Source: Octopus sinensis
Lineage: Eukaryota
Direction of reading: 5' to 3'
DNA length: 64,000 nt
NCBI RefSeq assembly: GCF_006345805.1
Contig: NC_043006.1
Span: forward strand, 76,074,001-76,138,000
The position numbers and the translations under genes were made by a program. The notes beneath the pieces were generated by a model that did no database searches, had not been told where the DNA came from, and saw only the letters and a program-made list of their open reading frames with translations. This document shows positions 27,341-39,320 of the stretch, in pieces (the stretch's first letter is position 1; every line of letters begins with the position of its first letter).

Positions 27341-30212
27341 TACTCTCGCCTATATGACTCACAGGACTTGGTGCGCTTTCTCTTTCTCTTTCTGCTTCCC
27401 TCTCTGTATACACGTATGTGTGCATTTATATATACATGTGTGCACATGTGTGCTTGTGTGTGTGCCTGTGATGTGTTATGTATTTCATGAAAATTGTAAA
27501 TCATTAAAAATAAACCAGATTTTGGGAAGTAATTTCGAATGGAAAAATATTTTAATTTTAAACATCTAAAATATCGATATTTCTAAAGATATTAGGAGAA
27601 ATATTGTAGTCTGTCAACATTTGCATATTTTCCCATATTTTTGTTGTATATATAAATTTCTATGCAGTAAAGTTAATCAAAAAAACCTATGCTTTATATA
27701 TAAAGGTGATAACAATTTATTCATAACGGTAACTATAATAATGTATTGAAAGAATTTTATAAATAACCGAAAATGTCCTCTGTTAATTAAATCCTAACAA
27801 AATATAAACATATAATAATTTATTTATTGGCGTCGATGCATGACTCAAATATCATAATTACTATATTTCATCATTTTTATTTTCAGGTTAAAATTAAATT
27901 AAAAAAATAAATAACAGCTGACGACAGATATGCTTTTGTTGTTTACACATTTTGATAGAAATAGTGTCAGATTAAACTATAAAATGTCATAACTCACTGA
28001 TAACTAAAGAAAACCATAAATATAATATTTTGTTTGGACTTAATCAACTCAATTCTATATAAATGTGTCTAATACTCTGTGCTGAAACATATTGTAAATT
28101 TAATCAATTATTCACATAAACTTTGTCATGAATCCTTATTCAAGCATCTGACATGTTTATCAGTTCAGGTTATATGGTTAAAATAAATTAAATATTTATG
28201 AAACTTCTTTTCGTGGACATCGTCTATATATGATTAATACTACAAAAGTTTCATTTCATTTTGGAAATATCTGCAGCTAGTTTCACGTTCATAAAATCGG
28301 TCAAATACTTCGTGGCAAGTCGAAGTTCAAAACATTTTTTTTTTACTTTTCATTCCAGACGTTCATAAAGCAACTGGTTCTTTGAGAGGAACTGCAGTAA
28401 TTTTCTCTCTATATTTTTGGCGAGATAGCTGTTGTATAATCGTATTTCTAATAGGATCTGCAGAAAGAACCAGCATAGATCAGTCGATGCGTAATATATT
28501 ATATTACTCTGTATCTATTAAAGGAATAGGCAACAAATTATAGCTAACCGATGACTAAAGAAATTGCTTTTGCAGCTATACTGTTTGTTCCACTGTATAT
28601 ATTAAATTTGAGTGAATTTAAAATGTTCTGGTAATTTCATAATATGAGAGAGAATTTTAAGTAATTGAGTAAAACTGATACACGTGATTGCCACTTGAAG
28701 CTATTGCTTGTAATATGTTAAAATGGTTTCTCAATTTAATCAATCATTTTTGACTTCTATAGATAGAGCTTTACTTTATCCATCTTCTAATATATTTAGG
28801 GATAAAATGTAATGAAATACATGTCTTTCATAAATTGATTAATGACGTTATTGAAGTGAAATGGTTATTGGAAAGGCAACTCTCTGGGTGTTTGTCTTTA
28901 ATGTCATTATACTCTACAGACAATGCTTAATACATATTACGTAAGATCCAAAACGAATAATGAAAAGGTCAGTCTCTGTAGCTGAGAGTATAGACATTAT
29001 AAAGCTGTGTACTAAATTTCATACTGATATTACTATATTTGCATTTTTCAATAAAATAATATACAACGCACTTTAGGAGTTAACTTAAAACAAATATAAG
29101 TGTTCCTTTTGTGTTACTTCTAAAGTACATAATACTATTTACTGTCGCTATAATTAATGCCAATTAAATTTGATTACACACAAGGTCATTGTTTGAAATG
29201 AAGGGTCTCATTAATGGAATCTACTTCAATGTATTTACTGGCCTAATGCCATCGGATACAGAAAGATGAATGACAAAATGACACACGTTAGGCTTTGATT
29301 TTCAAATATTGAGACATGAAACTGAATAACATAATCCTGTTTTTGTCTGCTGTTTTTGTCATCTCATTGCTTTTTGGTTGAAAGAAATTATTGCTATATC
29401 TTTATAATTACAAATTAAGATGTGTGTTGTATTAATATCGTCTAATATAAGATCAACATTAACGAGTGTTTAATTTAATTTCGAATATAAAACTGAATGG
29501 AAAAACATACACAAATATTTCATTTTTATTTTATTTATGTAACAATACTTCTCTCTGACTGTCACGAAACGTTGGCAGTATAAAATTTCCAATCAATAAA
29601 TAATTTAATGAAATCAAGAGCTCTTTTCAACGAAACAGATCAAACAGTAGCGAGTTACAAAGGAGAACATATTAAGTTTTAATTAAAATTTTAATAATTG
29701 TTAATTTGATTTGACTCAAGGCACATCACCATTAATTCTTCAGCGATAAAAATTAATAGAGAAAAAGACACAGAAATAGCAAATAATTTTCAATAATCTT
29801 TATATGGCAAATTCTATTCACTTCTTATGATTGCATTAATATTCTATGTTCTCTTTTTACTTTAGGCAGAAAAATATTACAATCTAGCGGACTGTAAGTG
29901 ACGAAAATGAAGTAATGTTTTCGCCAATAACATTTTGTGCACGTGCCAGTTTATGCAACTAAAGCTAGTTTGATGTCTGTTAATGTATCCTTTTATCTTT
30001 TCTTCATTCCACTCTTTGGATTGTGGTCATGCTGTTACCTCGCCTTGAAAGATTTAGTCGAACATATCGACATTACTACTAATAATTTTGTCTGCTACTT
30101 ATTCTTCCGGTCTCTGAGACCGAACCGCTAATTTCGAGGATGTAAATTGATCAACACCGGTTACCAAAATATGGTGGGGAGAGACACACACACACACACA
30201 CACACTCTTACA

Positions 30213-31482
30213 TATTGGGTTAGCAACTAAGTTCCCGCTATTTAAAAGGTTTAATAAAAAATAACAACTAATTAATAATGTATTCACCGTTGTTGTTTAC
30301 AATTTCTTCCTAACGTTCAGCAAGATTTTCAATACCTCATTGGTAGAAATAACCCGATTACGACTCGAAAATTGATCCAACCAAACCCTCAATTCTGTAT
30401 CAGTATTGAACGAAACTCCGCGCATAGTATTTGAAAGAGATCGAAAGAAGCGAAAATCTGTTGGTACCAAATCAGGAGAGTATAGCGGGTGTGGCAGCAT
30501 TTCCCAGCCATGCTTCCTTGGTCATATTGGCGATATGAGGGTGGGCGTTGTCGTGCAGCAGAAGAACTCCATGCTGCCGATTAGGTCTTTTCTCTTGAAT
30601 AGCCATGTTTAGTCGTTCTATATTTTGAACATAGAGTTCCGAGCTGACCGTTTGGTTCCGTTCAAGCAATTCGTAATGGGATAACACCTTCCCAATCCCA
30701 CCATACCCACAATATCATTTTACGCGGATGAAGATTTTGTTTCACGCGCGATGTCGCTTGTGTACAGGGCTAAACCATTCCTCACGCTGCTTCATATTGA
30801 GGTACAGGCACCATTTCTGGTCACCAGTAACGATTCGGTAAAGAAATCGCTGCTTGTGTCCATGATTTGAGCGGTGACGAGAAAGCAAACCAGCGGAGAA
30901 TGTGGCTCGTTGATGTTTGTTGTTGTTGTCACTTAAAGCGTGCGGAAGCCATGATCCATACTGAACCTTTCCCATCGAGTGATGCTTTTCTGTAGCAGTG
31001 TGGGGGCATTCAATTTTCTCTTCCCAATACAATTATATAACTGAATCATTTGTCGTTTGACGAGAATTTTCGTGCAAAATTGGGTTAATTGCTCTTCATC
31101 GAACTCAACTCGAAGGCCAGAACGAGGTGCGTCTTTGAGGTCAAAATTTCCATTTTGAACTTGGCATACCAATCATGTGCAGTTCTGTCAGCTATTGCAC
31201 ACTCTCCATACTCAGCACAAAAGTCGCAAGCAGCTTTTGCGGCTTTAGAACTTTGAGTAAAAGCAAAAAGATGTCGAATATACTCGTTTTTCTTAACTTG
31301 ACATTCCATTTTAATGATCTGAAATAATACAAAAATTAACTAAAATTAACTCTCATAAAACAAAATAGATTCCAAAATGATTCGCAAATTGAATTCTCGA
31401 GAAAAATAGATTCCAAATTTTAAAAACGCAATAAATTCCAAAATGGAACAAAAACGGCGCGAACTTAGTTGCCAACGCAATA
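30213..31482 (-). mobile_element. Full-length decayed mariner transposon (~1.27 kb) nested in a family A SINE
   Basis: TIRs tattgggttagcaactaagttcccgc / gcgcgaacttagttgccaacgcaata (23/26). Fragments read MECQVKKNEYIRHL, WLPHALS, IVTGDQKW, LLHDNAHPH and HPLYSPDLVPTDF. Confidence 0.95.
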
Positions 31483-31867
31483 TATGCGAGAGTCTTCCAC
31501 ACAGTTTCCGTCAACCAAATTTTCTTACAAAGAATTGGTTCACCTGATATCATGTTGAAGATACTTGCCCACAGTGCCAGAGTGGGACTGTTCATGAGAC
31601 TGCACACGTGACTGCAAAGCTAGCTTCTTAGCAACACAGCCATGCCTACAGTCCTCATACAAACGGCGCTTTTCTTCTCAAATCCCTTCATTTATATAAC
31701 TGAATCATGTGTGGAGATGTTATAGTAGCGAAAGTACAGGACCGCTCTCTACGACATGCACCCTTTAAAATTTTGATTTGTTTTGATTTCGAAGCTGTCT
31801 GCTTTGATTTTCTTGACAAAAATCATTCATTACAGCCAATATATATCCTCATTATTATAGATATGAA

Positions 31868-31995
31868 TAAGGCGGAGAGCTGGCAGAATCGTTTGCGCGC
31901 TGGACGAAATGCGTAGCGGTAGTTCGCCCTTCGCTACGTTCTGCCAAAATATTAGATCCTTTTTATATTGTCAATATACGGTGAAGGTTCAACTC
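31868..31995 (+). mobile_element. SINE family B, 5' part
   Basis: ggcggagagctggcagaatcgtt head. Confidence 0.7.
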
Positions 31996-32049
31996 TATTT
32001 GCTAAATTTCACTCGCCGCTGTTTCCTTATTCATACATATTTCGCATAT

Positions 32050-32087
<38 letters not shown>

Positions 32088-32123
32088 TGTTGTTTCTTGG
32101 GTGTGTATATGTATATATATATA

Positions 32124-32173
<50 letters not shown>

Positions 32174-32237
32174 GTATGTATATCTCACTCTAGTTTGTAT
32201 CTTAACTAAATTAACTATTACTTAATCCTCTCACACC

Positions 32238-32285
32238 GTCTCCGATGAAGGACTATAATAAATATCCTGGAAACAGCTGTAAGAC
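32238..32285 (+). ncRNA. Minimal type I hammerhead ribozyme motif (CCGAUGA core)
   Basis: gtct-CCGATGA-agga(ctataataaata)tcct-g-GAAA-cagctg-TA-agac; palindromic stem III; one extra G before GAAA. Confidence 0.6.
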
Positions 32286-32581
32286 CTATCTATAAATGTT
32301 CTAAAATCTACACACCCTTGGTTTTTTTATCTCATTACGAAAACGAAATTATATATACATGCATACACATACATATATACATATATATGCACGTGCACAC
32401 ACATAAACACGCACACACATATATATGTATGCCAGGTAGATTCCGTTCTGTAGGCATTAATGGCATTTCATGCCAAATGCAAGGCGCTTACGTTGATAGT
32501 ATTTGAGTTATAGTTATTTGAGTAACTATATCTAATATTGCGATATATTTGCTCGGTTAAAATTGTCAGAACAATATATAT

Positions 32582-32617
<36 letters not shown>

Positions 32618-32682
32618 CGTATGTATATCTCACTCTAGTTTGTATCTTAACTAAATTAACTATTACTTAATCCTCTCACACC

Positions 32683-32730
32683 GTCTCCGATGAAGGACTA
32701 TAATAAATATCCTGGAAACAGCTGTAAGAC
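32683..32730 (+). ncRNA. Minimal type I hammerhead ribozyme motif, second tandem copy
   Basis: Identical to 32238-32285. Confidence 0.6.
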
Positions 32731-33017
32731 CTTCTATCTATAAATGTTCTAAAATCTACACACCCTTGGTTTTTTTATCTCATTACGAAAACGAAATTAT
32801 ATATACATGCATACACATACATATATACATATATATGCACGTGCACACACATAAACACGCACACACATATATATGTATGCCAGGTAGATTCCGTTCTGTA
32901 GGCATTAATGGCATTTCATGCCAAATGCAAGGCGCTTACGTTGATAGTATTTGAGTTATAGTTATTTGAGTAACTATATCTAATATTGCGATATATTTGC
33001 TCGGTTAAAATTGTCAG

Positions 33018-33062
<45 letters not shown>

Positions 33063-33577
33063 TTTGTGTGCGTGTGTGTGTCTGTGTGTCTGTGTGTGTG
33101 GTTGTGTGGCGTGTTTATAAATATTTCTTGTTTAATAATGCTGGAAATGTTTCTGTTTAACGTGAGCCAACCATTCATCCAGAAAATATAATTGTACATA
33201 ACAGCTTTATAAATAAATATTTTTAGAATATATAAGTGTATTTTTAGAATAATTTTTTTAACATGATATATATATTTGGTAAAAACCTCTCTTCCAATAT
33301 ACTAGCACTTTACTCTGGGGAGCCAATATTATACTTTCTTTGAAGCTATATACCAAACTTGTTTCCATCAAATATTTATTTTTTGTTCTTATTTTACTGC
33401 ATTAAATAAATTCGTCTAAATAGAGATGCAAATACATTGCATTTATAGTACATATATACTTCCGAAATGTTTGTTATATGCCACATAAATTATAAATATA
33501 ACCTAGATATATGATAATAATACTTCCAAAAATATAAAATCTATTGCATATATGGCAATATTCTATGATGTTTGATA

Positions 33578-33965
33578 GACATGGCTGTGTGGTAAAAAAG
33601 CTAGTTACCAACCAAATGGTTTCCAGTTCAGTTCTGCTGTATGGCCCTTTGAGCAGGTGCTTTCTACTTTAGCCCTGGGCCGAATAGAACCTTGTGAGGG
33701 AATCTGGTAGACGGAAACTGAAAACCTGTCATATATATATGTATGTGTGTTTATGCGTGTCTGTGTGAGTTTGTCTTCCCTCCACCCGCTTCACAAACAC
33801 TGTCGGTGTGTTTATGTCACTGTAATGTAACGTAGGGTGGTTCAGCAAAAGAGACCGAAAAAATAGATACAAAGCTTATTAAAACGTACTGGGGTCGATC
33901 GTTCGACTAAAAATTTTTCAAGACCGTATTCCAGCACCGTCACAGTCTAATGATTTAAGCAATTA
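33578..33965 (+). mobile_element. SINE family A
   Basis: catggctgtgtggtaaaaaagc head through cagtctaatgatttaagc tail. Confidence 0.8.
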
Positions 33966-35214
33966 AAAATAAAAACTATATATAATACTAGGCATAATAG
34001 TGTGAAATTAAGCCTGAAGATTAAAATCGATTGAAAAGTACTGCGAGGTATATGTTGGCTGTTGTATCCTCCAAAAACGCAGGTGTAGAAAGTTCCTTCA
34101 AAGCAACGATTTGACAGTGTGTCTTTCAAAAGCAGCAGTGTTTAGCCATAAACGGACTGATGCTAACAATTTGTATATAAATGCATCTCATTTTTCTATG
34201 TGCTCAAAGTTTGGTGGTTTGAGGGTGAATATTATCCTATTTGAATTTAAGGATCAAACAAGACGAAGTGTCCAACATGCAGTATGAGTTGAAAGTCACT
34301 AATTGAACTAAAGAGGCATATCGCAAATTAGTAGCTTCATGTGGATAAGTTACGATAAGAGATATCATCAACGTTCAGGAGAATGTCGTATGGACACGAG
34401 GCGATGCACCCCACTTCCACTCATATATGTATACATATCAAGTGTTTCGCTCGAGGACATCATGTTACGCTCGAGTGAAGAACCAAAACCACAATCTTGC
34501 GACCATAAGTGCAATATCCTAACTACTAAGCTATGCACCGCCACACAGACTTTTATGTCAAACATTACAAAGAATTCCGAGTTATCGATTACGCAACCCA
34601 ACAGGTATTTTGCTGACAGTTCGTTTTTACTTCATTTAAAGGTTTATTGATATGATGAATCCAAAAATGTAATCGATTTCTTTACCAATACGTCTAGATT
34701 TCAATATACCTTCAATTGTATATCATCATTATGCGTGAAGTTTAACATGGTTAATTTCCTCCTGGGGCAATAAATTGCGTACACCAAATATCCATGCTTT
34801 TTATGTGAATGGGCAAGCAGAGGCAGGGGAAAACATTGGGTGAGCAAAGAATAAAAAAATTATTCAAATCGGAACTCATGGGAAATTAAGCATAAAAAAT
34901 GAAGTAATTTGTGTGTAGATTATTTTAAAATTCTTATATTTTCAGTTGAATTTTAAGAAAATATTCTCTGTATACCAATTTCTCTGTATGTTTGTAGTAT
35001 ATAATATATATTATATCAAGTTCTTCAGAAGCTGTTTTATTGAATATGGAAAGAAAAAACAAACAAACAATAGAAACCAATAAAACACTGCGGTCCCTGT
35101 ATCTTACACTCTTGAGCTGTTGGTAATAAATGGGCGTCATTTTTGGATCCTCTATGTCAAACAACCCTTAATCCACGTCCAAATTATTGGAGAACAAAGA
35201 AGAAAAACTGTTAT

Positions 35215-35420
35215 TGTTCTATAAGGCTAGCGATTTCGGGGGGAAGTTAAGTCGATTACATCGTCCCCTGTGCTCAACTGGTACTTGTCTTATCGACCAC
35301 TAGACGATTAAAGGCAAAGACGATCCCAGTGGCATTGGAAATCAGAACGTAATATCGGAAGAAATGCCAGTATGCATTTTTCCCGCGGCAGTAAAAATTC
35401 CGCTAGGTCACGGCCTTACT
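35215..35420 (-). mobile_element. SINE family B
   Basis: Reverse complement of the family B core and head. Confidence 0.7.
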
Positions 35421-35571
35421 CCTTGAAATAGTAAATGCAAATAGATTGGAACATAAAGAACCGGAACAAAAGCTCATGGGCATTTTGCATGACGTTGTAA
35501 TGAGTCTGCCCATACACAACTACAATAAATAATATGCTAATTGTTATACTGTTGTGTACAACGTGATTAAG

Positions 35572-35785
35572 GCGGTGGCTTGGCAGAATTGATGGTACTC
35601 TAGACAAAATTCTAAGCGGCATTTTGTCCGTCTTTATTTGCCGAGTTCAAATACCGACGAGGTTGACATCCCCTTTCATCCGTTCGGAGTCGATAAAATA
35701 AGTATCAGTTGAACACTGGAGTCAATATAGTCGACTTGCCTCGACCCACAAAATTGTTGGTCTTGTGCCAAAATTTGTAACCGGC
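35572..35785 (+). mobile_element. SINE family B
   Basis: ggcggtggcttggcagaatt head, gagttcaaatacc B-box, core. Confidence 0.8.
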
Positions 35786-35916
35786 ATTTATTGCACCATT
35801 AATTTCGTATTTTTTCTATGATACTTGTTAATGATACAGTTCTAGCCAGCACGGAAGAGCTGAGATAAGGTTTATACATGCTTAACGTTAAGCAGGCAAG
35901 GTTCATATAGTATCAA

Positions 35917-36030
35917 TCACGTAGACACTTTTAGTGCGTCAATTAACAAGCCAGAAGTATATCCTTCCATTCCTATCATTGCAGCTAAATCATTTTCCGG
36001 AATGTTGGATAATTGACAAATGTTTTCAAA
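35917..36030 (-). CDS. Candidate terminal coding exon of an unidentified gene
   Basis: Pyrimidine-rich acceptor tttacttcgttccttcag, then open phase-0 frame FENICQLSNIPENDLAAMIGMEGYTSGLLIDALKVST*; no family recognised. Confidence 0.2.
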   Translation of the reverse strand, partial: FENICQLSNIPENDLAAMIGMEGYTSGLLIDALKVST

Positions 36031-37527
36031 CTGAAGGAACGAAGTAAACTGAGATGAAATTAGTTGAATAATAGATACCTTGGAATTAAAAAGTCTCATA
36101 CAATATCGTTATGACTTAATTGAAATAATGGTACCTTGAAAGCTTTATTAAAAACATCAAGAAGTGCGCGAAATGATTTAGCATCACACGTGATAATTTA
36201 GAGTATTTTAATTTCATCAATTCATAAACTTTATATTTTTACTTTCAAGACATTAGCATTCATTAACATTCGATCAACAAAATCCAATACCGGAAATTTT
36301 ATGGGTTGCATTGTACATTCATACTGTTACTAAGTTCTAGGAATAGTATCAGACTCTTGAGTGTATTCAACGGTGTCTACTTTTTTGTAAGAATTCTAGT
36401 CAAGTGTATGCTGATGTCTCCGCATTATTTGATTGTTTATAGGCGTTCTGTCGTTCTGTTCTATTTTCCTACCGGTGCATTCGTTCATGTCTCTACAAAT
36501 CTTAAAATCCTTACGAAAAGACAATTGGTACTTTATTTTTTTCTTTTACACCAACTTTATAATGAAAAATGCACGAAATTATATGGACGATATCTAGTGT
36601 ATTTCAAAGATACCATGTTAAGCCTTTTGAAGTCGAACATTTGTGCTCGGTTCATCAACTTAAAAATCCAGCATTTATTGAGATAATAAAATTCATACGT
36701 TTAACAAATTCACATTGACATCAATTTTCGGTATGATCCAGAATAGTTTCCTGATCATTATCTATATGACTTTTACAGTATTAATACTACTGAATATAGT
36801 ATAGGGCATAGAAAGGTTGAACTACATACGGAGTGGGTAAACCCAGTAAATCCAGTACAATATGCTACACGTTATGCATTAAATTTCTAAATTATACACA
36901 ATCTTAAATACATTGAATAATTTAACAGTCGAATCGAGCTCACCGTATGTTTTTCAAGAGAAAAGAGTTAATGGAATAATCATTTAATTCTAGATCTAAC
37001 AAGCTACATAATATTCCATGACATATTAGAGAGGTCAGCGATTGGAATCATTAACATGCCGAGCAAAATATTTCAGGCACTTCACCCGTCTTTACGTTCT
37101 GAGTTCAAATTCCGCTGAGGTCGACTTTGACTCATATATATAGGCACAGAAATATATGATTGCCTGTGAAGTGTTTGCCTGCCTTTGAGTCTTCTGTATG
37201 AAAAATATAACCATAAACATGCAGATTAATTATATGCAGGATTTCTATATCATCTTGCTCTTTTAACTTTCAATCCTGAATGAAAGAGCAAAATTCTACT
37301 GATTGATTAGAGGTAGATGAAGCATACAAATCTGCTGTATATTAATTATATATTGATGTAACAAACTCATATATTGTGTGGGGTAAATTTACGCATGCAC
37401 ACACATGCAACACACTCGTATTTTCATACTCACTCGAACACACACACAAACACACACATATATACACATATACACACACATATACATATATAGTGTTATA
37501 TATACATGTGGTATATAGATACATGTT

Positions 37528-37715
37528 ATGGCAGCGAGGTGGCAGAATCATTAGTACTCCGAGTTAAAATTCTGTCGAGGTCGACTTTGCCTTTCATCCT
37601 TTCGGAGACGATTAAATCAGTACCAGTTACGCACTGGGGCCGATGTAATCGACTTTAATCCTTTCGTCTGTCCTTGTTTGTCCCCTCTGTGTGTAACTCC
37701 CTGTGGGCAATCAAT
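37528..37715 (+). mobile_element. SINE family B
   Basis: ggcagcgaggtggcagaatc head, core, gtccttgtttgtcccctctg tail. Confidence 0.8.
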
Positions 37716-38499
37716 ATATAAATATATATATACATGTGTCTGTGTGTGCATCTATGTATATATGTGTGTATATATATATATATTTCCATATTTTTATATA
37801 TAAGTAATTATACGTGAATATATGTATATACTTTATCTATCTATCTATTTATCTATTAATGTGTTTTTCTACTCTCTTTGTCAATCTCTCTGTTTGTATG
37901 TGTATATATATACGCACTCACACCGCACACACAAGTATACTCACACACCACACGCACACACACGCGCACACATAAACACGCACACAAAAACAAATTTTGA
38001 TTCCCATTGGAGCTGCCCAATCATTGGTTAAGGAAAATTTAAATGTAAAATAACTTTATACTCCAAACACATTACTAGTTTGTCATCAGGTCTGTGTCTC
38101 ATGAGGCGAAGAGAAGGAGAAAAAATAAAAATGAGAAGCAACAAAGTGTGAATTTACTAATATAATTATTTACTAATGTAATAATATAATTATTATGAGC
38201 TATAGACAACCGTATTTATATCTATCTTTCTATCTATATATCTATCTATCTCTCTATCTATATATCTATCTCTGTTCCTGTCTATGTGTGTGTATATATA
38301 CACACACACACATGCACACACACATAAACACACACACAAACACACAGACACGCAAGCACACATATATAAACATGCATACATATACCTGTTATCTCCAAAT
38401 TGTTTCAGTTATTGAACTGTGGACATGGTGTGTCACCGCGTTGAAGAATTTGCCGAAGGAATCGACGAATATCTCAAAGCTAGCCCTAATTTTATCCCC

Positions 38500-38770
38500 T
38501 ACGTTTCCTGAACCGCTATGCTGCAAAGATTTATACACACCTGCACCGGCTGTGAAGCATTGGTGTAGGACTGACACAGAAACACACACACACACACACA
38601 CACAAACACACATACTATCGACTTGTTTCTACCTACGTCTACCAAATCAACTCACAAGGCTTTAGTTGGTCCGAGGCTGTAGTAGAAAATACCGACATCC
38701 GGTGCAAAACAGTGAGTGCCTTGAACCGTGGCGGTTAGGAAGCACGGTTCTCACCAATCAGCCACGCTGC
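38500..38770 (-). mobile_element. SINE family A (decayed)
   Basis: ctaccaaatcaactcacaaggc...ggtccgaggctgtagtagaa matches the family A reverse complement. Confidence 0.65.
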
Positions 38771-38814
38771 CTCTATCCCCCATCTCTCTCTATATATATA
38801 TATGTATGTATGTT

Positions 38815-39164
38815 GGGTCGGGTCGGGATCCCCCCCTTCGGTCACGACATTGACCATGGGATTGCACCTAGAAAATTACCCTCCTAGTCACAAGTCTGGG
38901 CAAGGTGGTTTATGGAAGACCAGCGGTCGCCCATGGATACCGGCCTCTCCTCTCCACGCCACTAGTGTTATCCAAAGGAAAGGCTGCAGCCGATACAGCT
39001 TGGCACCCGTGACGTCGCAACTAATTTCTAGAGCTGAGTTAACTGGAGCAACATGAAATAAAGTGTCTTGCTCAAGAACACAACACGCAACCCGGGCGGG
39101 ATTCGAGCTCACAATCAAACGGTCATAAGCTCGACGTTCTAACCACTGAGCCATGCGCCTTCAC
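38815..39164 (-). mobile_element. CORE-type SINE, family C
   Basis: Reverse reads gtgaaggcgcatggctcagtggtt...gagctcgaatccc...gttcttgagcaagacactt. Confidence 0.8.
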
Positions 39165-39264
39165 TATACGTTTGTATGTATGTATATAATTGTTAGAGGA
39201 TAACATACGTTAAGGCCAGACAAACATCTCAACTCATATACGTTATTATTATTGAAAAATTTCA

Positions 39265-39320
39265 GTCTTACCACTGTTTCTGGGATGTTCCAGTGTATGG
39301 GATATTCCGTCATCGGAGAC
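39265..39320 (-). ncRNA. Type I hammerhead ribozyme motif (CCGAUGA core), partly decayed
   Basis: Minus strand gtct-CCGATGA-cggaatatcccatacactggaacatccca-GAAA-cagtgg-TA-agac. Confidence 0.55.

Larger units (their letters stand above)
32173..33021 (+). repeat. Tandem duplication of a ~400-bp hammerhead-bearing unit, separated by (TA)n
   Basis: 32173-32573 and 32618-33021 are near identical (3-bp indel after gtaagacct). Confidence 0.95.

Noticed and set aside
36306-36686. 126-aa plus-strand ORF
   Set aside because: TTG start, no recognisable domain, and composition typical of AT-rich non-coding DNA.
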